Shown here: positions 1 through 7,172 of the stretch, piece after piece
Numbering within the stretch: the first letter of the stretch is position 1
How the letters are laid out: each line of letters opens with the position of its first letter
NCBI RefSeq assembly: GCF_001652585.1
Contig: NZ_LWLG01000007.1
Span: 30,001-62,000 of the forward strand
Length of the DNA stretch: 32,000 nucleotides
Direction of reading: 5' to 3'
From: Thermosulfurimonas dismutans
GTDB taxonomy: Bacteria; Desulfobacterota; Thermodesulfobacteria; Thermodesulfobacteriales; Thermodesulfobacteriaceae
Made by a program: the position numbers and the translations under genes
The notes under the pieces: model-generated
Database searches by the model: none
Told to the model about the DNA's origin: nothing
Seen by the model: the letters and a program-made list of their open reading frames with translations, nothing else

Positions 1-615
1 ATATTCTTCGGTGGGTTTCCCGGTTCTGGGGTGGATGTATTGAAGAACTATCTGTTGGCGGGCTACTAACTTGTTAAGGACCTCTTCGTTTTGCACCATG
101 AACTTTCCTTCGCCATGACGCACAGGAAAATAGAGTTTTTTGAGCCCCCGAGTGAACACACAGGGAGACTCTTGATTCACCTTGAGCCATACCCAGCGAT
201 CCTCGAAGCGGCCGGAATCGTTGTAGGTAAGACTTACCAGCCTTTCTCCGTAGTGGCCGTCAAAACCGGGTAGCAGCCCTAGTTTTACTAAGAGCTGGAA
301 ACCATTGCAGATACCGATAATGAGTTTTCCGGCCTGAATGAACTCCAAAATGTGATCCATTAACCGTTCGCCCGAAGTTCTTATCCGGGCATGACGCAGT
401 CGGTGGGCCGCAGCCTGGGCCGCTCCCAAATGATCGCCATCGAGAAAGCCTCCAGGGAAACAAAGAAGATGGTAATCGCGAAGGCTTTTTTCGCCGTAAA
501 TGAGTTCGGAAAGATGAACAATTTCCGGCTCAGCCCCGACGAGTGCTAGGGTATGGGCTGTCTCTAGCTCACAGTTTATACCGTATCCGAAAAGTACCAA
601 GGCTCTAGGTTTCAT
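1..615 (-). CDS. purQ: Glutamine amidotransferase of FGAM synthase (PurQ-like), partial; the 3' end lies outside the window
   Basis: Absent from the ORF track because it runs off the window edge. My translation from the ATG (complement of 613-615) reads MKPRALVLFGYGINCELETAH...FPGGFLDGDHLGAAQ...GKLIIGICNGFQLLVKLGLLPG...FPVRHGEGKF and stays open for 205 codons to position 1. The GxCNGFQ nucleophile elbow and the HGEG motif are typical of the FGAM synthase glutaminase. Confidence 0.78.
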   Translation of the reverse strand, partial: MKPRALVLFGYGINCELETAHTLALVGAEPEIVHLSELIYGEKSLRDYHLLCFPGGFLDGDHLGAAQAAAHRLRHARIRTSGERLMDHILEFIQAGKLIIGICNGFQLLVKLGLLPGFDGHYGERLVSLTYNDSGRFEDRWVWLKVNQESPCVFTRGLKKLYFPVRHGEGKFMVQNEEVLNKLVARQQIVLQYIHPRTGKPTEEY

Positions 616-700
616 CGCAAGAACAATATGCCTCAATTTTTCGAAAAAGACAAGCTTCCCGCTGACGAAACGATTAAGCTAGGATCTGGGAAGGATTTGC

Positions 701-730
701 TTGACCTGGAAGTGCAAAATAGATTATCCT
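701..730 (+). promoter_or_regulatory. Candidate sigma70-type promoter for the pilus cassette (TTGACC, 18 nt, TATCCT)
   Basis: TTGACC lies at 701-706 and TATCCT at 725-730 (TAnnnT retained). A purine-rich SD (AGAGGGGGG) at about 741-749 precedes the ATG at 753. Pattern match only. Confidence 0.3.
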
Positions 731-752
731 TTTAAGAAAAAGAGGGGGGAAA

Positions 753-1052
753 ATGAATAGGCTTTTTACCTTCTATATTTTGAGTTTTTTCTTGATAATC
801 TTTTGGGGGCCGCCTCTTTATGCCATTGAGGAAACTTTAATTTGTGGAAAAGTTAAAGAGGTTCAGGAACAATCAGTGATCTTAAAGATTAGGGGGCCCT
901 GTCGGGGAGAGAAGACCTTCAAGATACCGTCTGACCTCAGATCCCGAATTCGAGAAGGAAGTATCGTGTGTTTCAAAAGTTCTGCTACGAATTGTAGTGA
1001 TATCAATACCCTTTCTTTGATCGATCGAATTTTTATCTCTCCTGGGAGATAA
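753..1052 (+). CDS. Small secreted four-cysteine protein of unknown function, immediately upstream of pilY1
   Basis: 99 aa. N-terminal signal peptide MNRLFTFYILSFFLIIFWGPPLYA|IEE. A strong purine-rich SD precedes the start. The stop is 2 nt before the pilY1 ATG. I recognise no domain. Confidence 0.6.
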   Translation: MNRLFTFYILSFFLIIFWGPPLYAIEETLICGKVKEVQEQSVILKIRGPCRGEKTFKIPSDLRSRIREGSIVCFKSSATNCSDINTLSLIDRIFISPGR

Positions 1053-1054
1053 CC

Positions 1055-4000
1055 ATGAGAAGAAAATTCGAGGTTTCATGGTTAATGTTATTGAGTTTAT
1101 TTTTGTTTTTGGTAATGAAATTACCCCGCGTGGTGGAGGCTGCCGAGTATTGCGCTCTTCCTCCTTTTCTCACCACTGGCGTTTCGCCTAACATACTGTT
1201 TGTACTTGATGTGAGCGGCAGTATGACCAGGCGGGCTTACCGAGAGATCTATAACCCCGATAAAACATACGAAGGCTACTTCGACCCGAATAAAAAGTAT
1301 AAACTCGTTCACGAGCTCGCTTTTTTTTCGTTTCCTGAAGTATTTTGGGAAGAAGCTGGAGACGCAGAAGAAAACTGTCCATTTGATTTTAATATTGGTT
1401 TCGATTTCGATTTTGACGATCTTTCTTTTTCTTTCTCGATAGGGAATGTCTGTAGCGGAAACTTTCTCAATTGGCTGTTTATGACCAGGATAGATTTGTT
1501 ACGATGGGCCATTACGGGTGGAACTCCGGAATCATGTACCGATGATTTTTTCCTTTCCTTTTTTTCTGTGGACAGTCTCTTAGATAGTCCTGAATGCGAT
1601 CCGGCTTTTAGTTCCTCCTGTAACGGGGATACCTGCATGTTAGAAACTTACATTGGCCAGAAGGTCAAGGTCCCTAAAAGTCGCATTCAGGGCATTCTCC
1701 AGCAAATGGAAAAAGAATCGGTTCGTCCTCGCTTCGGAGCCCTCTTTTATTCCGATAGAATTCGTCCCGAAAAGGTTTATCTCGGAGATTATCCTTATAC
1801 AGGTAGAGGTCAACCGGGCGATGCCGACCCCGATCATCCTTACACCCACCTTATCAGATTTGTCAACTATATCTCCCCCTTGGGAGGCACCGGAACCGCG
1901 ATAGCTATGTGGGAGGCCTACGATTATTTTGCTCAAAATAATGCTCACGATTATGCAAACGGTTTTGATATAGCCCCTGGGACTTATAAAGACCCCCAAT
2001 ACTTTTGTGATTACCAGAAGGCAAATTGTCAACCCGCTCCCTGTGCCAAAAACTTCATAATTCTGGTCTCGGATGGTCACTGGAATTATGGCGGAACGCC
2101 TGAGGGAGAGTGGACCTGCAGAATAGATTCCGGATATGAGAACTATTCTGCTGATCCCGTGGTCCCGGCTTATCGGATGCACCATGATGTCCTGCGAACC
2201 CTGACTACCGCTTCAGGGGGTAGCACCAATATTCGGGTCCAACAGGTTTACGCCCTGGGACTCTTTCTGGGGAGTGCGGGAGAGATAGCTCTCAAGAACG
2301 TGGCCATGTATGGAAGCTTCGACCTGAACCACGGAGATTGGCCAAATGGGCTAACTAATTACCCTCAGGATACTTGTTGGCCGGTAGAAGATTGTCCCAT
2401 TATTAGCAAAGGAAGTCTCTGTACACCTCTTCCACCTTCCTCGGAGGACTGGGACAAGGATGGAGACGGGGTGCCGGACACCTTCTTTAGTGCACAAACA
2501 GCTTCGGAAATCAAAGGCTCCCTCTTGAAGTTTTTAATAAGCATCCTGGCCAAGACCGCCTCCGGAACCTCGGTCTCGGTCCTTACCGCCCGCGGCCTCA
2601 AGGGTTCCAGCGTAGTCCAGGCCGTCTTCTATCCCCAAAAATACTTCGGCAGCCAAAATCTTAGCTGGATAGGCTATCTTTATGATTATTGGCTCTATAC
2701 CTCTTTTACAACTTCTAATATCCGTGAAGACACGCCCATCCAGAATCGAGCTTTGGATGTTTGTAGTCCTTCCCTCCAAGAGGGAGGGGACTATATCTTG
2801 GATTTCAAGATAGACAACCATACCGGAGATCTTCAGATCGACGCCTATTACAGTGCCTGCAACGGCACCGCCACTACTAAGGCCACTACCTATAATTCGC
2901 TGGATGAGGTCCATCCGGTATGGGAGGCCGGGGAAAAGCTGGCCTCCTCCAACGCCACTACGCGTATCATCTACACTTCCGCCGACCAGAGTAGTCTCCT
3001 GCCAAGTAGGCCCGTATCTTTATCTGAATTCAAAAATGTGGCCAACGCCACGGCCGGTTTACTCGGAGATGAAGACGGCGATAGGGTGATAGACGACGCC
3101 GACGAGACCATAAAGGTAATTGATAATCCGATCAGGGCTACGGATCTTGTGAATTACGTCTACGGGGTAGATTTAGCCGGTTACCGAAGCCGTACCACCG
3201 ACACCGGTAAGGTCTGGAAGTTGGGAGACATCATTTATTCTACTCCCCAGGTCGTCCAATACTATCGTGAAAATACTTCTTCCGGTAAGGCCTACAATGT
3301 AGTTTATGTAGGCGCTAATGACGGCATGCTTCATGCTTTCCGGCTAGGGCAACCTCGTTTTGACGGTTTGGCTGCCAATCAAGTGGTTAAGCTTTGTAAT
3401 AATAGCCCTGAGACGTGTAGCACCGATGAATTGGGGGAGGAACTCTGGGCTTTTGTACCGAAGAATGCCCTTCCCTATTTGCGATACTTAACAGATCCAG
3501 AATATTGTCATCTATATTATGTCGATTTACAACCATATATTGTTCAAGTGGATGACAACAAGGATGAAATTCCAGAAAAAGTCATTCTGATAGGAGGGAT
3601 GAGGCTTGGAGGAGCCGCTGGTTGTACTGGAACAGGATGTATTAATCCTCCCGAAGATACTTGTAACAATCCAAGTAGGTATTCGCCAACTTCTAATGAT
3701 TGTGTGGGGCTTTCATCCTATTTTGCTTTGGACGTAACTGATCCGGAGAGACCTAAATTTTTATGGGAATTTGCAGATCCGGACTTAGGCTTTACCTATT
3801 CCGGTCCAGCTGTAATCACCTACAATGGCACTCGTTACGTAATGTTTCTCTCTGGGCCCACAAGCTATAAAGGGGATGTTGGACAAGATTTAAAGGCTTT
3901 CGTTTTGAAACTTAGAGACGATTTTACCGTAGAAAGAGTATACAAATTTCCTGATGACTATGGTTCGGGTGGTGATACCAGCTTTTTTGCCCCTTACAAT

Positions 4001-4831
4001 AACGCTTTCGGAGGACGTCTTTTTTCCAATGGTATTGACTACGATAAAGATGGCAATACTGACATGGTAGTTTTTGGTATCAATCAAAGAGCAGGAGGAG
4101 TTTGGCAGGGTAATATAGCCGGTGTCCTAATTAATAGCGTTAATCCTGCGGAATGGGATTTTCAAACTATTTTTACTTCTGCTATTGAACCCGTTACAGC
4201 TAAGGTTGAATACATGGAATGTTTTGGACATCACTTTATTTTCTTCGGCACTGGAAGATGGTTTTTTAAAGACGATGAACCCGGGCAAAACACTCAAGAT
4301 ACTGAAAAGCTCTACGGAGTATCAATTGATGATTGTTTAACTGGGGGTAGCTGTATGATAAATCCAGCCCATGGTTTTGATGATCCTTGTAACGATTTAC
4401 TTGCAGCCAATCGCGTACCAGCTTGGCGTATAACTTTAGCTCCTAAAGACGATATTTACTTCAAAGAGAGACTGATCACTGATCCTACAACAACTGACAT
4501 GAATATTATTCTGTTTACTACTTTTCAACCTACCGCTGATATTTGTGGATATGGAGGACGCACCCGAGTATGGGCTATGAATTGTGCTATCGGAGGAGCT
4601 CTTAATGATACTTCATGCCCTGGTTATACTTTAGAGAGCTATGGTGGTACAATTTATTTACAACTTTCTCGAGGTAATATCGAAGAATTCAAACTTTCTA
4701 CCGAATCTTTTACCCAAGAAGCGGGTAAGGCCACCGAGTGGCAAATCGGAGTGCCTCCTGATGGTCATCCCCCGTTTCTGCGACCGTTTCAGTCCGCCGT
4801 TGGACATATCATTTACTGGTTTGAAAGATGA
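1055..4831 (+). CDS. pilY1: PilY1/PilC-family type IV pilus tip adhesin with N-terminal vWA domain
   Basis: 1258 aa. Signal peptide, then the vWA MIDAS motif ILFVLDVSGSMT (DxSxS) and later IILVSDG. The PilY1 hallmark YVGANDGMLHAF and the motif KLGDIIYSTPQVV are present. Ca-binding-like loops are DWDKDGDGVPD and IDYDKDGNTDMVVFG. Four prepilin-type genes follow. Confidence 0.9.
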   Translation: MRRKFEVSWLMLLSLFLFLVMKLPRVVEAAEYCALPPFLTTGVSPNILFVLDVSGSMTRRAYREIYNPDKTYEGYFDPNKKYKLVHELAFFSFPEVFWEEAGDAEENCPFDFNIGFDFDFDDLSFSFSIGNVCSGNFLNWLFMTRIDLLRWAITGGTPESCTDDFFLSFFSVDSLLDSPECDPAFSSSCNGDTCMLETYIGQKVKVPKSRIQGILQQMEKESVRPRFGALFYSDRIRPEKVYLGDYPYTGRGQPGDADPDHPYTHLIRFVNYISPLGGTGTAIAMWEAYDYFAQNNAHDYANGFDIAPGTYKDPQYFCDYQKANCQPAPCAKNFIILVSDGHWNYGGTPEGEWTCRIDSGYENYSADPVVPAYRMHHDVLRTLTTASGGSTNIRVQQVYALGLFLGSAGEIALKNVAMYGSFDLNHGDWPNGLTNYPQDTCWPVEDCPIISKGSLCTPLPPSSEDWDKDGDGVPDTFFSAQTASEIKGSLLKFLISILAKTASGTSVSVLTARGLKGSSVVQAVFYPQKYFGSQNLSWIGYLYDYWLYTSFTTSNIREDTPIQNRALDVCSPSLQEGGDYILDFKIDNHTGDLQIDAYYSACNGTATTKATTYNSLDEVHPVWEAGEKLASSNATTRIIYTSADQSSLLPSRPVSLSEFKNVANATAGLLGDEDGDRVIDDADETIKVIDNPIRATDLVNYVYGVDLAGYRSRTTDTGKVWKLGDIIYSTPQVVQYYRENTSSGKAYNVVYVGANDGMLHAFRLGQPRFDGLAANQVVKLCNNSPETCSTDELGEELWAFVPKNALPYLRYLTDPEYCHLYYVDLQPYIVQVDDNKDEIPEKVILIGGMRLGGAAGCTGTGCINPPEDTCNNPSRYSPTSNDCVGLSSYFALDVTDPERPKFLWEFADPDLGFTYSGPAVITYNGTRYVMFLSGPTSYKGDVGQDLKAFVLKLRDDFTVERVYKFPDDYGSGGDTSFFAPYNNAFGGRLFSNGIDYDKDGNTDMVVFGINQRAGGVWQGNIAGVLINSVNPAEWDFQTIFTSAIEPVTAKVEYMECFGHHFIFFGTGRWFFKDDEPGQNTQDTEKLYGVSIDDCLTGGSCMINPAHGFDDPCNDLLAANRVPAWRITLAPKDDIYFKERLITDPTTTDMNIILFTTFQPTADICGYGGRTRVWAMNCAIGGALNDTSCPGYTLESYGGTIYLQLSRGNIEEFKLSTESFTQEAGKATEWQIGVPPDGHPPFLRPFQSAVGHIIYWFER

Positions 4832-5313
4832 AAAGATGGCAAGGACTTACTCTTATTGAATTAATGGTAGTTATAGCACTGATAGCTCTTCTTTCAGGAT
4901 TCAGTATAGTCTGGGTTAAGGGGATTGTGAAAAAACATAAAATCGCCAAAGATATCCAGCTCTTATTTTCGTCCCTCCAAGAAGCCCGATATCTAGCCTT
5001 TACTCGAAAAACTACTTGCGGAGTAGTCCTAGGCAACAGCACTTCACCTTTCTCCTCTTTTGAGATAAGGTGTGACAATGATAGTGATGGCGATATTGAA
5101 AATGGCTTTAATTTAATCCAGCGCATCCAACTGAGCGAGAGTTATAATTCATCCAGAATGGTCATTTCTTTCTCTAAAGAGGGTTTTACTACAGATACAT
5201 GTACTATCAGTCCATTAGAACTACATGATTTACCAGAAAATTCTTGTATTGTAGTGAGTAATACAAGAATCAAAATGGGAATGTGGCGGAATAGTAATTG
5301 TGAACTCAGGTAA
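4828..5313 (+). CDS. Minor pilin, GspH/FimT/FimU-like
   Basis: 161 aa. Class III (prepilin) signal MKRWQG|LTLIELMVVIALIALL with Glu at +5. ATGA overlap with the pilY1 stop. The LQEARYLAFTRK segment resembles the GspH/FimT core. Confidence 0.85.
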   Translation: MKRWQGLTLIELMVVIALIALLSGFSIVWVKGIVKKHKIAKDIQLLFSSLQEARYLAFTRKTTCGVVLGNSTSPFSSFEIRCDNDSDGDIENGFNLIQRIQLSESYNSSRMVISFSKEGFTTDTCTISPLELHDLPENSCIVVSNTRIKMGMWRNSNCELR

Positions 5314-5656
5314 GGGTTATTCGCTAATAGAAATACTAGTAAGCATTTTAATAATGCTTATAATTTTGCTTGGATTATTACATGGAATGTCCATCTATGT
5401 CACACATAATATCAAGAATCTACTAAGAAATGAAGCTGTAAAGATTGCACAAGGTTGTGCTCAATCTTTAAGAAATGGAAGGAATTGTTCAAGTACTGTT
5501 ACTAGAAACATTAGAAATTTTTCCGTGGATTTTAGAGTTAATGCTCCCGATTTTTCTTCCCTATCTCCTGGTTTAAATGAAGTGGCAATCACAGTAGAAT
5601 ACCCCTATAAAGGACAAATACATAATTATACTTTAACTACTATAATAAAGAAATGA
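5300..5656 (+). CDS. pilV: Minor pilin, PilV-like
   Basis: 118 aa. GTG start with a 14-nt overlap onto the upstream gene. Prepilin signal MNSGKG|YSLIEILVSILIM with Glu+5. It has a single Cys pair (GCAQSLRNGRNC). The symbol is assigned by size and position, by analogy only. Confidence 0.7.
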   Translation: MNSGKGYSLIEILVSILIMLIILLGLLHGMSIYVTHNIKNLLRNEAVKIAQGCAQSLRNGRNCSSTVTRNIRNFSVDFRVNAPDFSSLSPGLNEVAITVEYPYKGQIHNYTLTTIIKK

Positions 5657-6702
5657 TTAACATATCCAAAATAAAAGGTCTTACATTGATAGAAATTTTA
5701 GTAGCATTAGTTATTTCCTTTTTGGCTTTAGGTGCCCTTTATGAATCTTACCTTGCTATTCTTAGAGCCAAAAAACAGCAAGAGAAGATAGCAGAAACAA
5801 ACTTTCAAGTTCTTATGGCCCTAGAATTCCTTAGGAAGGATATCGAACTGGCTGGCTTCGGTATGCCAAGGGATATCAGTATCTCAAATCTTACCTACGA
5901 AGAAGCTATCAGTAGTTCCACCTGCTCTCCTGATTATTTTAATTCTTCTACCAACAGCACGCCTAAACCTATAGACTTAGGAGGTAACTACTGCAATAAC
6001 TCTGATTATTTAGTGATAAGGTCTTCCGCGGCTAACTTGGATAAGAATACTAGCCGAAAATGGGCTTATACTTATTATGACGGGTCCGGTTGGCGGATTA
6101 CTTCCCTTGGAACGTTAGATTTTTCTACCAACGATCGATGTGTAGCCCTGGATCATCAAAAATCTCTGATTAACTGGAACTTTTCTTGTAATAACTTTTC
6201 AGGAAGCAATATTAGTGAAATTTATTATTTATTTGGTATTAATGATAGCCCACTAAGGATGCCTTTCAATAGAGTAGATTATTTTTTGAAAAAACCCTCT
6301 TCTCTTCCTTATAGATGTTATCAAGCTACCTATGAACTTTATCGAGGAGAAATCCAGCATAGTAATGGGGATGTAAATGAGCAACCTATTTTAGATTGTG
6401 TCTTATCGTTTCAAGTAATTGTAGGCAGGGACACCAATAATGATAATATTATTGATGCTTGGAGTAAAGATTTGAGTAGTTTGTCTGCTACTCAGGTATT
6501 TGAAGAGGTTAAGGAAATTGATATATATATAATATATCAAGAAGGGCAAAGAGAGCGCAAAGAAGTTTTTGATAGTGATATAATCAGGATCAACTATCCT
6601 GATGGTACTTACGATGACATTAATATTCCTTCAAAAAACTATAGATGGAAATTAATCGAAATAAAAGTCAAACCTTTCAATTTAGAGGATATTAAATTAT
6701 GA
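5653..6702 (+). CDS. pilW: Minor pilin, PilW-like
   Basis: 349 aa. ATGA overlap with the upstream gene. Prepilin signal MINISKIKG|LTLIEILVALVISF with Glu+5. It is the large minor pilin expected in the PilW position. Confidence 0.72.
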   Translation: MINISKIKGLTLIEILVALVISFLALGALYESYLAILRAKKQQEKIAETNFQVLMALEFLRKDIELAGFGMPRDISISNLTYEEAISSSTCSPDYFNSSTNSTPKPIDLGGNYCNNSDYLVIRSSAANLDKNTSRKWAYTYYDGSGWRITSLGTLDFSTNDRCVALDHQKSLINWNFSCNNFSGSNISEIYYLFGINDSPLRMPFNRVDYFLKKPSSLPYRCYQATYELYRGEIQHSNGDVNEQPILDCVLSFQVIVGRDTNNDNIIDAWSKDLSSLSATQVFEEVKEIDIYIIYQEGQRERKEVFDSDIIRINYPDGTYDDINIPSKNYRWKLIEIKVKPFNLEDIKL

Positions 6703-7172
6703 ATAAAAAAGAAGGGTTTATTTTAATAAATACCATCATAATAAGCTTGGTTGCCCTTATAATGCTTTTGGGACTAACATATTTGATCTTCTACGGTACA
6801 AGGATGTCTGGAATTTCTAAAAGATATACCTCGGCTCTGGAGGCCGCTAAGGGTGGGACCCTAGAATGTTTAACCGCCTTAAAAAACTGCACTATAATAA
6901 ATTCTTTCAAGTGCGAGCATTCAACCAATACCTGGAGTGCCTATGTTTCCGATACCACCAATGCTACCAGCCATTCTTCTCCTGAAGATATTATCCAACA
7001 CGCAGATTGGCAAAAGGATTATGGAAACTATCGAGTTTCGTGTAAGATTGTTGATACCCGTGGTTATACAAATGGCTATTTTTATGCCGTAGAAGTAGTG
7101 GGAGAGAAAATCGGAGGGGAAGAGAGGGCTTGGCTCTCCGTAGGCTACAGACTGGAAATCGTGGGCTTGTAA
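6699..7172 (+). CDS. pilX: Minor pilin, PilX/GspK-like (lacks Glu+5)
   Basis: 157 aa. ATGA overlap with the upstream gene. N-terminus MNKKEG|FILINTIIISLVALIMLLGL has a hydrophobic pilin helix with Asn instead of Glu at +5. It is the last gene of the cassette. Confidence 0.62.
   Translation: MNKKEGFILINTIIISLVALIMLLGLTYLIFYGTRMSGISKRYTSALEAAKGGTLECLTALKNCTIINSFKCEHSTNTWSAYVSDTTNATSHSSPEDIIQHADWQKDYGNYRVSCKIVDTRGYTNGYFYAVEVVGEKIGGEERAWLSVGYRLEIVGL

Noticed and set aside
1640-2185. 181-aa minus-strand ORF (with 1309-1638, 2365-2601 and 2534-2914) antisense to pilY1
   Set aside because: These ORFs lie entirely within the GC-rich core of a long ORF with clear vWA/PilY1 motifs. Their products are low-complexity (R/S/G/P/I-rich), have no SD and carry no recognisable motif. 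This is the expected artefact of high GC on the antisense strand.
6515-6540. (AT)n-like run GATATATATATAATATATCAAG as a possible microsatellite or phase-variation tract
   Set aside because: It is short, imperfect and in frame (encoding EIDIYIIYQ) within the PilW-like ORF. No homopolymer or long repeat capable of slipped-strand switching is evident.
5653-7172. Apparent enrichment of N-x-S/T sequons in the pilins and PilY1, suggesting N-glycosylation
   Set aside because: AT-rich codon usage inflates Asn, Ser and Thr. I found only one extended bacterial sequon of the D/E-x-N-x-S/T type (DKNTS in the PilW-like protein). No oligosaccharyltransferase gene is in the window.
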